From an uncultured Bacteroidaceae bacterium (GTDB taxonomy: Bacteria; Bacteroidota; Bacteroidia; Bacteroidales; SM23-62), in assembly GCA_963777115.1 (NCBI GenBank), contig CAVZPP010000008.1, forward strand, positions 250,142 to 314,141: a stretch of DNA of 64,000 nucleotides, read 5' to 3'. The translations under genes were made by a program, and so were the position numbers. This document shows positions 1 through 12,129 of the stretch, in pieces. How positions within the stretch are numbered: position 1 is the stretch's first letter; every line of letters starts with the position of its first letter. The notes beneath the pieces are model-generated. The model made no database searches. It was not told the DNA's origin and was given only the letters and a program-made list of their open reading frames with translations.

Positions 1-2463
1 ACACCTCCCTTTGTTCAATGGAAAACAAAACACGAAAACCAGGAATCTCAGGTTGATTTTCAAAAAAGCAGCGAATATACGGAGGCAGTGATGCAGATTT
101 GCCAGACCATAGATGACTGTTTTAAGCAAATGGAGAAGATTCAAATGGAATTAACAGACAGGGGGCCAATGTCGACCCCTTTTGAAGGAGAAACAGAAGT
201 GACTGGTGGCGATTTATCTGCCGAGTGGCCCATGTTTCAGGCCAACAAACATAATAACGGTGCCACAGCCGCACCAGGGCCAAGTTATGGACGGGAGAAA
301 TGGAAGTTTCCAGTGGGACTGGGATGGTATGCCCGACCGGTAATTGAGGATGATAAAGTATATGTTACCTCGCCAGGGATGCGTGTTACTGCATTTTGCC
401 TGGATTTAAAAACTGGGACCGAAATTTGGAAATCCTCCCAGGATCATCCTATATTTTACTTATACAAATATCCGGGGATGGCTTCCACTCCTTTATTGAT
501 AAACGATCAGGTGGTTTTGAGGGAAATTAATTCACATGGGGGAAACGATGGACAAGCCCGAAACCTGGTGTATTTAAATAAGGAAACCGGGAAAACTGAA
601 GCACGCCGCTATGCCGGGCATATCGATTATCGTACGCGTTATGCTGCCCTGACCGGGAATGATGATTATGTCGTTTATCCGTTTGGGGTACATGACATCT
701 ATTCTACGCCCGCTATATGCCAGAATTTCAACAGACTGATATGTGCTGATGCTCAGAATAAAAAGAAAATTTGGGATTTTAATGTAGGTGATATTGATGC
801 CCTGGCCGAGCCGGTTATTTCTGGTAAAAAAGTGTTTCAGGGCACGGAGGAAGGTTATGTTTATGCGCTGAATCTGGCTGGCGGACGTGGAGAAGAGTTT
901 ATTGCCTGGAAATATAAAGCAAAGGGTTCGGTTAATACAGCTGTACGGGTGGAAAATGGCAGGGTTTATTTTGGAGCTAATGGTGGATCTGTGTATTGCC
1001 TGAGTGAACAGGATGGTAATTCATTGTGGGAATTTAAGGTGTCAAACCCGGAGGGAGGAGCGCGGAAGCAGTTTACAACCCCGGTATTATATAATAACAA
1101 ACTCTATATTGGGGGAGCGGATAAAAACCTGTATTGTCTGGATGCAATTAGCGGAGAATTGTTGTGGGAAGTTGAAGCTGATGACTGGATTCGTTCAAGC
1201 CCGGTTGTTGATGAAAAAGATATCCATTTTGCTACCATTAGTGGTCGCTTATACAATGTAAATCATAAAGGAAAAATTCAATGGGATAAAAAAATCAGCG
1301 ACCATGCCATCTATGCTGATTTAGTGGGCAATAGTGATGAATTATTGGTTACGGATTGCAATTTGATGCTGTATTGTATTGGGAATAAAGGCAAAAAGCT
1401 CTGGGATAAAAGCATTTTATCTTCATTTGAAAATGAACAGGGGGAACGGATATTTACCGACCAGATATCAGGGGGCACCTATTATCAGAGTAAACCTACT
1501 GCAGCTGGTGGCAGTCTTTTCTTTGGCACACCAAGTGGTTTTTTACATTCCGTTGATGCTGAGACAGGAGAAGAAAACTGGAAGTTTGAAATGGGAGCAG
1601 CTATTTCGGTAGGAGCTGCCATTGCAGATGGAAAGGTATATGCAGGTCAACAGGGGGGAGAGCGCTTTTTTTATTGTTTGGATGCTAAAACCGGTGAACT
1701 GGTTTGGAAAAAGACAATACCCGGAGGATGGGTTTGGGGATCAGCCGCTGTGGACGATGGTTTGGTATATGTACCTACGGTTAGTGGTTATGCAGTTTGT
1801 TTAGATGGGGAAACAGGTCATATTGTCTGGATGTATCCTACCGCCAAATCCGTACCGGCAGAACCTGCCATCGATGGTGACCTGGTATATTTCGGTTCAT
1901 GGAGCCATTCTTTGTATGCTTTCAATAAGAAAACAGGAGAAATTGTATGGAAAGAGAATGGAGTAGGTCTTGATTCGGGTACTTTAATTGCCGAAGACGG
2001 TAAGATATATTTGCCCAGCTCCTCTAATATCTTCAAATCATTTGATGCAAAAACAGGTGAGCTTCTAAGTGAGGGTAACAAGAATAATAAAGAAAAAGGA
2101 GTGTATTCAAATTTCAATGCCAGTCCTGCTTTTGCCGATGGAAGGGCTTTTTTCTCGGCACGGGTTGGCAGAGGTTATGGAGGAGTGCCCATGTCAAGCA
2201 GGGTATATTGTGTTGACCCGGTAACAGCTAAGATCAATTGGACTTTCCCGGATGGAGGTGGTCTTTCGGCTCCGGCTCTGGCCAGTGGCCGTGTTTACAT
2301 TGCTTCAGGTAATACTCCCTTCTTCTATTGCCTGGATCAGAAATCAGGCAAACCGCATTGGATATTTAAACTGGGGAACAGAGTTGAGGAATCGACACTG
2401 TGTATATACCGAAAAATGGTTTATGTATTGTCTGTTGATGGATATGTTCATGCAATTGAATAA
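1..2463 (+). CDS. PQQ-like/BamB-type beta-propeller repeat protein, 5'-truncated by the window edge
   Basis: Frame 1 is open from base 1 (TPPFVQWK...) into the 88..2463 ORF. It has a WPMFQANKHNNG start motif and many Trp-docking repeats (LYCLDAISGELLWE, FYCLDAKTGELVWK, LYAFNKKTGEIVWK). Confidence 0.85.
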   Translation, partial: TPPFVQWKTKHENQESQVDFQKSSEYTEAVMQICQTIDDCFKQMEKIQMELTDRGPMSTPFEGETEVTGGDLSAEWPMFQANKHNNGATAAPGPSYGREKWKFPVGLGWYARPVIEDDKVYVTSPGMRVTAFCLDLKTGTEIWKSSQDHPIFYLYKYPGMASTPLLINDQVVLREINSHGGNDGQARNLVYLNKETGKTEARRYAGHIDYRTRYAALTGNDDYVVYPFGVHDIYSTPAICQNFNRLICADAQNKKKIWDFNVGDIDALAEPVISGKKVFQGTEEGYVYALNLAGGRGEEFIAWKYKAKGSVNTAVRVENGRVYFGANGGSVYCLSEQDGNSLWEFKVSNPEGGARKQFTTPVLYNNKLYIGGADKNLYCLDAISGELLWEVEADDWIRSSPVVDEKDIHFATISGRLYNVNHKGKIQWDKKISDHAIYADLVGNSDELLVTDCNLMLYCIGNKGKKLWDKSILSSFENEQGERIFTDQISGGTYYQSKPTAAGGSLFFGTPSGFLHSVDAETGEENWKFEMGAAISVGAAIADGKVYAGQQGGERFFYCLDAKTGELVWKKTIPGGWVWGSAAVDDGLVYVPTVSGYAVCLDGETGHIVWMYPTAKSVPAEPAIDGDLVYFGSWSHSLYAFNKKTGEIVWKENGVGLDSGTLIAEDGKIYLPSSSNIFKSFDAKTGELLSEGNKNNKEKGVYSNFNASPAFADGRAFFSARVGRGYGGVPMSSRVYCVDPVTAKINWTFPDGGGLSAPALASGRVYIASGNTPFFYCLDQKSGKPHWIFKLGNRVEESTLCIYRKMVYVLSVDGYVHAIE

Positions 2464-2569
2464 TGTGAATTTATTGTTACCGATCCGGAGAAATTCCAAT
2501 CAGGAGAGGGCCATGATTCATTTCATGTTTTATTGAGTTATACATCCAGTTTCAAGATTCCGGGTATTA

Positions 2570-4854
2570 CTATTTAAACAAGTCTTTATTCGGAACAGCA
2601 CCCATCTCAAATTCCAGGGTTCCTCCGCCCAGAATATCATCGTGGGCAAAAAAGGCCTCCCTAAGGGGCTCACCATTCATTTTCGCCGATTGCACATAAA
2701 GATTTTCCTCGCTGACATTATTTGCGACTACTGTGAATACATTTCCGTTGGAAAGATTTATTTCGACCTTATCAAAAACAGGTTTACCTATGGAATAAAC
2801 AGGTTCGCCGGGACAGAAAGAATAAAATCCCATGGCATTCAGAACATACCAGGCAGACATCTGTCCACAGTCCTCATTCCCCGCCAGTCCATTAGGATCA
2901 TTGAAGTATAATTCACTCATTATCTCATTGCAAAGCTCCTGCGTTTTCCAACTCTGTCCAACGTAATTATACATATGCGATATATGATGGCTGGGTTCAT
3001 TTCCATGGGCGTACTGCCCTATCAGTCCGGTTATATCACTGGAAGCTTCTTCACCTGTTATTTCCGAACTGGTGGTAAAAAGTGTATCCAGCTTTTCTGC
3101 GAACTTTTCCTTCCCTCCCATCAATTCCACCAATCCATCCACGTCATGCGGAACGAACCATGACCACTGAAATGCGTTTCCTTCGGTATAATCGCTGTAG
3201 CCTCCATGTTGTGAGTGCCTGGGATCGAATGGTTCCCTCCATTTTCCATCTTCATTTTTTCCACGCATAAAACCGGTTTCTTTGTCGTAGTATTTGGTAT
3301 ATCTTTTCGAGCGCTCCATGAATCGGTTGTAATCTTCGGTTTTGCCCAGTTCCGAGGCCATTTGTGCAATACACCAATCATTGTAGGCAAACTCCAGGGC
3401 TTGTGAAACCGATCTGTTTCCCAGATCAGACGGTATATAGCCCAGTTCCTCGTTATATTTTTTTGCCAGCGGCATTAACTTTTGCTGAACCTTTTCCGAT
3501 GGAAAAAGAATTCCATCGGTTTTATACTCAGAAGATTCAACCATCGCCTGGTAAGCTTTTTCGACATCAAAATCCCGGATTCCCTTAAAATAAGCATCAA
3601 CAATAACAGGAACGGAGTGGTATCCAATCATAGTTCCGGTGTAGTTTCCAACAAGTTCCCACATGGGTAATGTCCCACCCTGTTCATACTTGGTAAGCAG
3701 GGTTTTAATAAAATCCTTGTCCCGTTCGGGATTAACAATGGTTTGCAGTGGATGGTAAGCCCTGAAAGTATCCCATAAGGAGAATACGGTGTAAATGGTT
3801 GATCCATCGGTCTGATATATTTTCTGATCCATCCCCCGATAGCGGCCGTCTACATCGCTGAAAGTGTAGGGACTGATAGCAGTATGATACAGCGAAGTAT
3901 AAAAAATTGTCCTGTCATCAGTGCTGCCACCTTCGGTATTTATCTTATTTAACTCCTTTTTCCAAACCTGTGTGCATCATCTTTTACAGCATCGAAATTC
4001 CAGTCGGCAATTTCCTTTTCGAGATTTCTTTTTGCACCTTCATAATCCACAAACGAAATTCCAACCTTACTAAGAAGCTCCTGCTCATCTTCTAAATCAA
4101 AGTAAAGAACAGCAAGCAGTTTTTTCGATTTTGCTGAGCTTACATCAGGTATTTCCTGTCCATTATCATAAATAACACATTTAAACGGCTTATTAAATTT
4201 TGCATGAAACCATGTGTGCTGCTCCGTTGCCCAGCCACCTGAGCCCTTATAACCTGATATCTCTGTGTCACTGATGATTTGCAACTCCTGGGAGGGATTT
4301 CTATCGGGGTATATGGTATGTGCCATGTCAATAATAATTCCTTTTTGCCCGTTTTCAGGAAATGTATAACGGTGAAAACCGGCGCGTGTACTTGCTGTCA
4401 GTTCAGCCTTAATACCATAATCATCCAGCAAAACGGAATAGTATCCAGGCCCGGCCTTCTCGTTCTCATGCTTGAACCGTGAACGATAGCCTTCATCCGG
4501 ATTTTCCGGACTGCCGGGAGTTGCTTTTGGTGCTCCGGAGAAGGGCATAAACAGGAAATCGCCCAAATCGCTTATACCTGTGCCACTTAAATGTGTATGA
4601 CTAAATCCAATAATCGAATTATCAGTATAATGGTATCCACCGCAGGCATCCCATCCCAGGGTACGTGTATCGGGACTTAACTGAACCATGCCGTAAGGTG
4701 TTGTGCCCCCGGGAAATACATGTCCATGGCCCCCGGTGCCGATAAAAGTATTTACATATTTAGTATTATCCTGTGTTGTATCCTGCGATTCCGGTTTGTT
4801 TGTACAGGCTGTTATAAATACCAGAATAATGCTGAAGTAGAAAATTGTTTTCAT
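2570..4854 (-). CDS. GH92 family alpha-mannosidase, lipoprotein; one frameshift near 3968
   Basis: The N-half has VNTFIGTGGHGHVFPG, SPDT and GFSHTHLSGTG. The C-half has SLWDTFR, YTEGNAFQW, GQYAHGNEPSHH and GNEDCGQMSAW. Adding one base at 3967-3970 joins the halves as AHQVWKKELNKI...FYTSLYH. Confidence 0.9.
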
Positions 4855-4878
4855 CTTGTTATTATTAATTATATCGTT

Positions 4879-6054
4879 CTATAGTTTCCGGTAATCATTC
4901 CGCCGGCTTTTCCAGCGATTGTTCTCAGTAATTAGTTCGTATATGCTATTGTCATTTTTCCTCAGAAAAAAACTGCGCTCCTTTTCTTCTCCATCTACCA
5001 TTACTGAGAACCATGAACCTTTATTCTTATAGGTTATTTTTTTGGTTTGTGTTCCCTTGGAATTCACGAAATCACCTTCCCCGTTTTCTTCAAGAGTCAA
5101 TGTCCCGTACTTGCTGCTTTGCCAGCTGCCGGGTAATTTACTACCGGGAATATCCTGATAGGGATAGAGTAGCTCTGTCCTTTCATCAAGCCTGGCTTCA
5201 ATGGCTTTATAGTCCACCTTTTTAATGTTATAACCTCTCGCATACAAATGCGCAATCTCCATCATGCTGTTTTTATAAACATCGGGATAGCCAATATTTA
5301 AACAATGGTGGTTGATTCCTTCATATAGTACCAGTTTACATTTGCCACCGGCTTTTTTTATTTGTTCTGAATACTTTACACTCTGGCTGTAATGACAGAG
5401 CCAATCGTCTTTACCATGCAGTAAAAGTGTAGTAGCAGGTTTTTTTCTGAGATTGTGGTATGGGGAAGCCTCCAATTTCTGCTCTTTGCTGACCAATCCG
5501 AAATCGCTTCGTGATTCTGCATTTGGGAAGTGGGACAGGGTAGTATCCATATCCAGCACATTATACATTCCCTCACGGCCCATATACACTTTGCAATTGG
5601 GATAGCGCTGGGCCAAAACCGCTGAAAGTGTTGTTCCTGCAGAACCTCCGCTAAAACCAATGCGTGACATATCGGCATTATAATCATCCGCATGTTCCTC
5701 GAACCATTTAAGCGATGCCTCTAAATCCTGAAGTGCCAGGTTAAAAGTTCCATTATTCCCTTTGCAACGATATGCAAGCCCGACATAAATAATTCCCATC
5801 TGATCGCAGAGGAAATCACAATCAGCCGGGAGTTTCGCATCGGGCACACTCTGGCTGTCTCCACCGTTCCATCCGCCACCATGTACGAAAAACATTACCG
5901 GCATTCTGCCGCTTGCATTTTCAGGGAGACAGACAGTTATTGGGATGTCATAATCACCTGCTTTCGTTGCTACATCTTCGATTACCTTATATGCAAAGAG
6001 ACTTGAACTGAAGTAAAACAAGAAGATGATCAATAATGAATGTTTTAAGCTCAA
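4879..6054 (-). CDS. secreted alpha/beta-hydrolase (HSL/BD-FAE-like carbohydrate esterase candidate)
   Basis: Signal peptide, HGGGW oxyanion motif, GGSAG nucleophile elbow, LHGKDD acid motif and GINHH His motif. Confidence 0.8.
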   Translation of the reverse strand: MSLKHSLLIIFLFYFSSSLFAYKVIEDVATKAGDYDIPITVCLPENASGRMPVMFFVHGGGWNGGDSQSVPDAKLPADCDFLCDQMGIIYVGLAYRCKGNNGTFNLALQDLEASLKWFEEHADDYNADMSRIGFSGGSAGTTLSAVLAQRYPNCKVYMGREGMYNVLDMDTTLSHFPNAESRSDFGLVSKEQKLEASPYHNLRKKPATTLLLHGKDDWLCHYSQSVKYSEQIKKAGGKCKLVLYEGINHHCLNIGYPDVYKNSMMEIAHLYARGYNIKKVDYKAIEARLDERTELLYPYQDIPGSKLPGSWQSSKYGTLTLEENGEGDFVNSKGTQTKKITYKNKGSWFSVMVDGEEKERSFFLRKNDNSIYELITENNRWKSRRNDYRKL

Positions 6055-6072
6055 TTTTCTGGTTTTGAAAAA

Positions 6073-7611
6073 TTACAACTGCCTGTTTTTAACGCCTTCA
6101 TAATGTTTGGAATTTGTACTCTCTAACCACTCCAGAAGATACCCTTTCAACTCTTCTGCTTTTTCCTTAAACCTGTCGCTCTCAGGATTCGAGCCCAACA
6201 GGTTGTTCATCTCATTTGAGTCAGAATTCAAATCATACATAGCGTTAATTACCCTCGATGACTCCGAGTAGGGAATCATAAGTTTCCACCCCTGGTGCAT
6301 GACCATGTAATTGGAAATTATATCACCCCTGAAGTTCCATTCCGTCACAATATATTCCGGACGGTCCGATTCCTGACCTTGTATAAGGTCCCTGAGACTT
6401 CGCCCATCGGATGTAACGTTTTCTCCCAATCCTGTGTAGTCAAGTATCGTTGAAAACATGTCAAGGTTTGTGACATAATCGTTCACTACGGTTTTTCTTT
6501 TTATTGCTTTTGGATAGCGAATCATTAGGGGAATATGAGCCGACTCTTCATAGAACACATTTTTCTCCCGCATACCATGAGATCCAAGCATTTCGCCATG
6601 ATCGCTTGTGAAAATTACAATGGTATTCTCAGCAAGGCCTAATTCATCAAGCGTTTCGAGTATTTCTCCAACCCAGTGGTCAATCTCGGTTACCAGGGCG
6701 TAGTAATTGGCAATCATGTACCCTATCTTCTCCGGGTCGCTGTATTCGGTACTTTTTATTCTTCCATTGGATGCAATGTAAGGTGAGTTCCCCATATCGT
6801 CAGATATGCTTTCAGGGACCGGCATGTCCCCTGGCTTGTACATTTCGGCATATTCCCTGATCGGGATCATCGGGGCATGGGGAAAGTTTATAGATGCAGT
6901 AATACTGAATGGTCTGTTGCTGTTTCTTTTAATCGCCTCTATCGTATTCTTGCATACAAAGGCCGTTGATGTATGCTCCGGGGGAATGTTGGAGACTCCG
7001 TGCAACTCGGTCTGGGCAAAGCGTTCCTTTTTACGCTTGTCAAGAACATCCTGATAGTACATTCCATAATGTTTGTCAATGGGATTAGGTTTATATGCCC
7101 TCATGGATTCGGTTGAAATAAGTTCTCCCTTTTCCGGTTCAACGTATGGAACATTCTCATCCACATACGGGCGATAGTCCTTTAATGTAATAAACTCGCT
7201 ATAGACCTTTGTTGGTTCTTCGGGGCAATGCCATTTTCCGAAGTACTCGCAGGTATATGCATTTTTATATAGGATTTCATCAAAAGTGGGCATGGTCATT
7301 ACTTCCAACTCCGGCTCATCCTTCCAGATGGAATTGGTCCTGACACCATTGTTTTCAATGGTATGCCCTGTTAGAAGGGTAGCTCTAGCAGGAGCACAGA
7401 CAGCACATTGAGTATAGGCATTTTTGAACCAGGCACCCTGTCTGGCAAGCCTGTCAAGGTTCGGGGTTTTTATTACTTCATTGCCGGCAATGCCCAGAGC
7501 ATCTGAGCGTTGCTGGTCAGTCATTATAAAAAGCAGATTGGGTTTATCCTGTGCATATAGTATTGTGGTACATAAGATCAGGACACTCAGCAATAGATTT
7601 CTATTGATCAT
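6073..7611 (-). CDS. formylglycine-dependent sulfatase (S1)
   Basis: Signal peptide, PNLLFIMTDQQR, CAPAR-ATLLTG, GKWH and SDHG. Confidence 0.93.
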   Translation of the reverse strand: MINRNLLLSVLILCTTILYAQDKPNLLFIMTDQQRSDALGIAGNEVIKTPNLDRLARQGAWFKNAYTQCAVCAPARATLLTGHTIENNGVRTNSIWKDEPELEVMTMPTFDEILYKNAYTCEYFGKWHCPEEPTKVYSEFITLKDYRPYVDENVPYVEPEKGELISTESMRAYKPNPIDKHYGMYYQDVLDKRKKERFAQTELHGVSNIPPEHTSTAFVCKNTIEAIKRNSNRPFSITASINFPHAPMIPIREYAEMYKPGDMPVPESISDDMGNSPYIASNGRIKSTEYSDPEKIGYMIANYYALVTEIDHWVGEILETLDELGLAENTIVIFTSDHGEMLGSHGMREKNVFYEESAHIPLMIRYPKAIKRKTVVNDYVTNLDMFSTILDYTGLGENVTSDGRSLRDLIQGQESDRPEYIVTEWNFRGDIISNYMVMHQGWKLMIPYSESSRVINAMYDLNSDSNEMNNLLGSNPESDRFKEKAEELKGYLLEWLESTNSKHYEGVKNRQL

Positions 7612-7706
7612 TTCTTATCCTCTTTTGTTTTACACCGGTTTTGTATTTAAGGGTATAGCTTCCGTTGCCGCAAACCTTCGTCTTTGTCCGGTTCGTGTAT
7701 TTCCAT

Positions 7707-9371
7707 CTATTTCACCAGTTCCCCGTAAGGTCTTCCCGGAAATGACTTTAAACTCTTTATCAGTAATTCTTTCATCTCCTCGACTTTATCGGGATTGGCA
7801 GTAGCCATATTGTTATTTTCTTCTGGATCATTTTGCATGTCAAAGAGCTGGTTGCGTTCAAAATAATGCTCGTTTAATAATGCAGCGTGATACCCGAGGT
7901 GACTGTTGCGGATGTAATAGGGCTGCATGAATTTATGATTATTCCAGCCTGTGAAAACTACACCATCTTTTACCTGCTGCTCTGATTTTTCGTCATAACG
8001 GACAGTAATGTACTTCCAGGCCTTGGTCATTACCCCGCGGGCAAAACCGAGTTCAAAATACAAGTAATCATGAACCGGTTTCTTCATGCCTTTTAAAGTC
8101 TCTTTCAAACTAACTCCATCCAAGTCTTTTACAGTTGACAGATCTACTCCTGCCAGATCCAGAAAAGTCGGGGTAAAATCAATATTCTGCACCAGTTCAT
8201 CGTAAATGGAACCTGCTTCAATGCCGGCTCCCCAGTACATCATCAAGGGAATTTTGATCCCACCCTCGTAGATGGTTGATTTGCCGTAATTATAATTTCC
8301 ATGATCCGATGTAATAATTATCAGGGTATTTTCAAGTTTGCCTTTTTCTTTCAGTTTTTCAACTACTGAACCCACGGCATGGTCCAACCAGGTTAACCAG
8401 GCGTGGTCGGGATTTTTACCGGCTGCAATAACTTCATTCTTAATCTGCTCCCGGCCGGGCATATTTTCAAAATCATCCTCTACATATCCTTTGCCGGTAA
8501 AATGAGGATTTGCATCAAGCCCGTAAATATACTTGCCGTCTTTGTTTATCCAGGGAGCCGGACCATGTGGTACCATCTCGCTGTAGTACAAAAAGAAAGG
8601 ATCATCACCGGCTTTATCAATAAAATCGAGAGCTGCTTTGTTTTTCCATTCAAGATTATGAATGTTAAGCGAGTCATTATACAACTCTCGCAGGTTGGCA
8701 GCATAAACACCGTTAGCATAATCGAATCCAAATTCTGTGATGCGGTTTGCCCAGAATTCATGATTATCATCCATTGCTTTATTAACCTCTGGATCTTTGG
8801 GATCTGCCTTCCTGTCATATCCTGTTAAGCCCATTTTATCCCAGGCTTTACTATTGTTGAGAACATGATGGTCAACCACATGGCTCTTACCCACAAATCC
8901 GGTACGATACCCGGCTTTCTGCAGCAGGCGGGGCAGGTTATCCCTGCTTTCTTCCAGTTCGGTATTGTTTTCTATTCGGGTCATTTTACCCTCCGGAAAG
9001 AGTTCACTGAAACGTTTTCCCTCACAACGACCGGCATAACGCCCAGTCAGTGTGGTATAACGGCTGGGAGAACAAACTGAACTGGAAACATAGGCTCTTG
9101 TGAAAATCATCCCGTTTTTTGCCAGATCATCAATAATCGGGGTGTGAACTTCACTATCGCCATTGAATCCAAAGGGGCGGGATTGGACACCCATATTGTT
9201 TCCATCAGAGAATTCAATCAGAGCATCTTCCGCGGTAGGTACAATGGCACTCTGGTCGTCAGTCATAATATAAATGATGTTGGGACGCTCAGGTTGTGTA
9301 CATGCATTTACCCCTAACATTAGAGGAACAGTCAAAGTCAGGAATAACAGTGTGAAGTTTTTCGATTTCAT
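7707..9371 (-). CDS. sulfatase (S1), lipoprotein
   Basis: PNIIYIMTDDQ, CSPSR-YTTLTG, GKSH, SDHG and YEGG. Confidence 0.93.
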   Translation of the reverse strand: MKSKNFTLLFLTLTVPLMLGVNACTQPERPNIIYIMTDDQSAIVPTAEDALIEFSDGNNMGVQSRPFGFNGDSEVHTPIIDDLAKNGMIFTRAYVSSSVCSPSRYTTLTGRYAGRCEGKRFSELFPEGKMTRIENNTELEESRDNLPRLLQKAGYRTGFVGKSHVVDHHVLNNSKAWDKMGLTGYDRKADPKDPEVNKAMDDNHEFWANRITEFGFDYANGVYAANLRELYNDSLNIHNLEWKNKAALDFIDKAGDDPFFLYYSEMVPHGPAPWINKDGKYIYGLDANPHFTGKGYVEDDFENMPGREQIKNEVIAAGKNPDHAWLTWLDHAVGSVVEKLKEKGKLENTLIIITSDHGNYNYGKSTIYEGGIKIPLMMYWGAGIEAGSIYDELVQNIDFTPTFLDLAGVDLSTVKDLDGVSLKETLKGMKKPVHDYLYFELGFARGVMTKAWKYITVRYDEKSEQQVKDGVVFTGWNNHKFMQPYYIRNSHLGYHAALLNEHYFERNQLFDMQNDPEENNNMATANPDKVEEMKELLIKSLKSFPGRPYGELVK

Positions 9372-9382
9372 GTTTCCCGTTC

Positions 9383-10297
9383 CTACTGGTTAGCGTTTGT
9401 ATAATTTTCCCACAAACGTACTTCTGATCTCGTTGGGAGATTTTCGGGAACAGCCTGAGTAACTTTTCCGGTTACTGCCCACTCTGCACCACGCAAACTG
9501 GTTACGACAAACCCGGCACATTTCATAGCCTCGTTAGACTCAGATGCATGCCCCAAAGTGGTATGAAAAATCCTCCCTTTTCCATATGTTATTGTCATCA
9601 ATGAAGGTTCGTGTTTCCCCGTTCCGCGGGTTTCCGGATCGGACCAGGAAGTTGCCAGTATGGTCATATTCTTAGCAGGTCCCCTCAAACGATGATAAAG
9701 TTCGTCCTTTGCGTGCATCCATTCATCAGGCAGGCCTTCCATAATCGGGTGTTCAGGTTCTCTTGTGCTTACAACATATTCGTGTCTATTTCCATGACCT
9801 CCCCCTTTACCTGGAGAATTGTCACGGACAATTTCCCCTTCCTGCCAATACAAAAAAGGGCCGTCTTTTTCATTGCGCTTTTTCCATCCCCCTATTCCGG
9901 TAATTTCGTTGTACTCTTTCCATTCAGGAAATGAATTGTCGGCAGCATGCATTACGAATACCCCACCTCCGTTTTTCACATAGCTTATAAAGGATGACCT
10001 GGTTTCTTCACACCAATCATCGCCATTATAATCCAATACAACCAGATCATAGGCAGAAAAATCAGGTTTAAAACTGCTCATATCGGTGCCCTTTTCAGGG
10101 GAAGTGGCTATATCAACCACAAATAATCCTGATCCTTCCAGTATTTGTTCCAGAGCAGCGCTTCCTGTACTCCAATTATGGTTGTTTTGTCCATTTATAA
10201 TTAATGCACTATATTCTGAAGTTTCATTTTTCAAATTATTGCATGAGGCAAAAACAATGGCCACCAGAGATAACATGTATATTATTTTGATCTTCAT
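9383..10297 (-). CDS. ThuA-like (trehalose utilisation, class I GATase-like) lipoprotein
   Basis: Lipobox FASC, GQNNHNW, GGGVFVMHAA, DELYHRL and YGKGRIFHTTLGH. Confidence 0.8.
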   Translation of the reverse strand: MKIKIIYMLSLVAIVFASCNNLKNETSEYSALIINGQNNHNWSTGSAALEQILEGSGLFVVDIATSPEKGTDMSSFKPDFSAYDLVVLDYNGDDWCEETRSSFISYVKNGGGVFVMHAADNSFPEWKEYNEITGIGGWKKRNEKDGPFLYWQEGEIVRDNSPGKGGGHGNRHEYVVSTREPEHPIMEGLPDEWMHAKDELYHRLRGPAKNMTILATSWSDPETRGTGKHEPSLMTITYGKGRIFHTTLGHASESNEAMKCAGFVVTSLRGAEWAVTGKVTQAVPENLPTRSEVRLWENYTNANQ

Positions 10298-10321
10298 TTT
10301 ATGTTGAATTAGTGTTTGGTG

Positions 10322-12129
10322 TTATATATCCACCCGACTTACTGAAACATATAAGGGAAAGATGTAATTTCGTCTGCTGACCTGGAAATAAGGGACGAGG
10401 CGATAATCACCTTTATTAATTTTCACATTCTCAAATGTCCATTCACTTATGTCCGAATTATTACTAGCCACTTCAATATTGTAAGGATACAATTTCAAAC
10501 ATATATTTCCGGGTTCATTAATGGGCTTAACAAAATGGTATGTAATATTGTAAACTCCATCTTCAATTACTTTGACATCCCAGTAATTCAGTATGTTTTC
10601 CCCTGTCCATGCAACAGGTGTTCCCTTGGCATCATTTCGGTTCAGGATTACCGGATTTTCATGTGGGGTTCCTATGTATGCAGGAAAAGTTTTGTTATTG
10701 TTTTTCTCAGCAATAATTTCATCGTACCAATTATCGATTTCCGTTTTCAGTGAAGTAGCCATTTCCGTGTTTTCAGCAAGTATGTTGGATTTTTCCTGGG
10801 GGTCGTTTTTCACATCGAATAACTCAAAATCTTCAATTGAACTCAGGTGACCGGTGTTCCCTACCAGCTTGAAGTTTCCTTTTAAGGCAGAAAAATTGCG
10901 GTATTTCCTGAGGTATCCACGGCCCCATTCAAAAAACAGAGTCCTGTTTTCAAATGCAGAATAATCTTTATTGTCAGAGGAAAATATACTCTGACCGTCA
11001 ATTTCATGGTTGACCTTTTCAAGTCCGCATAAATCAAGAATTGAAGGTAAGAAATCAATATGCGCAATGTATGCATCCAATCTCAGCCTTTTCACTGAAC
11101 CTTTCCGGGTAGTGAATCAGGCATGGAACCCTCACACCTCCACCAAATACTGAAGATTTTCGTTCCCTCAATCCCAACTTATATCGATTATGTTGCGGAC
11201 CATTATCTGTCAGGAATATGATGATGGTATTATCGTGAATATTTTCATCCTCCAGGGTCTGAATCAGCCTACCGATGTTGTCATCAATGTTGGTAACCAT
11301 TCCATAAACTCTATGGGCAGCATCAATTTCGCGAGGCGTCATTTTCCCTACAGCTTCATCGAATACCTCAAAATCATTTGCATCAAATTCAAGGTCTTTA
11401 TACATATTATAATACTCTTCAGGAAGCTGAAGCGGTGTATGCGGGGCGTTAAAGGACAGGTATGCAAAAAACGGTTTCTCCCGGTTCTCCTCTTGAGTAA
11501 GTTTAATAAAATCAATTAGCTCATCAGTATATACATCGGAACAATATCCATTGGTTTGCACCGGCTTACCATTTTTAAACAGAACAGGATCGAAATATGA
11601 GCTGTCACCTGCGAAATAATTATACACATCACCTGGCTGTCCAACTCCTCCTGCCCGATGCACAACTGCCACATTAAATCCCTGGTCGATGGGACGGTAG
11701 GGGTAATTATCACCCAAGATGCCATTTTCCAAAGATTCCGGTTTCATAGCCATTATCTTTCAGAACTTCGGCAAGGGTTATTTCTTCATCACTCATAATT
11801 GCACCACCATTGTAGGTATCGTAAACTCCTGTCCGTTCATAATACCTTCCGGTCATTAGACTTGCCCGTGTGGGTGCACAAACCGGTGAGACATAAAAAT
11901 TAGTAAGATTCAGACTCTCCGATGCCAGCTTATCAAGCTGAGGTGTTTTGATATATGGATTTCCGGTGAAGCCAAAATCCCCGATTCCCTGGTCATCTGT
12001 CATTATCAGAATCACATTTGGTTTCGGATTGGATTCAGTTACCTCCTTACCAGAGCAAGACAGAAGAAGGGTCATTAATAAAAAGGCAGCACTTTTTATG
12101 ATATTACAGGTATACGCTTTTCTGTTCAT
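10322..12129 (-). CDS. arylsulfatase (S1) with a C-terminal extra domain; frameshifts near 11714 and 11077
   Basis: Three consecutive ORF pieces carry [17 protein letters not shown] and GKWHLG / DNYPYRP, APHTP and TDNG / AHIDFLPS. Each join is repaired by removing one base. Confidence 0.88.

Noticed and set aside
11710..11712. TGA after GKWHLG as possible stop-codon recoding
   Set aside because: The downstream sulfatase sequence continues in a different frame, so this is an indel and not readthrough; TGA serves as a normal stop elsewhere in the window.
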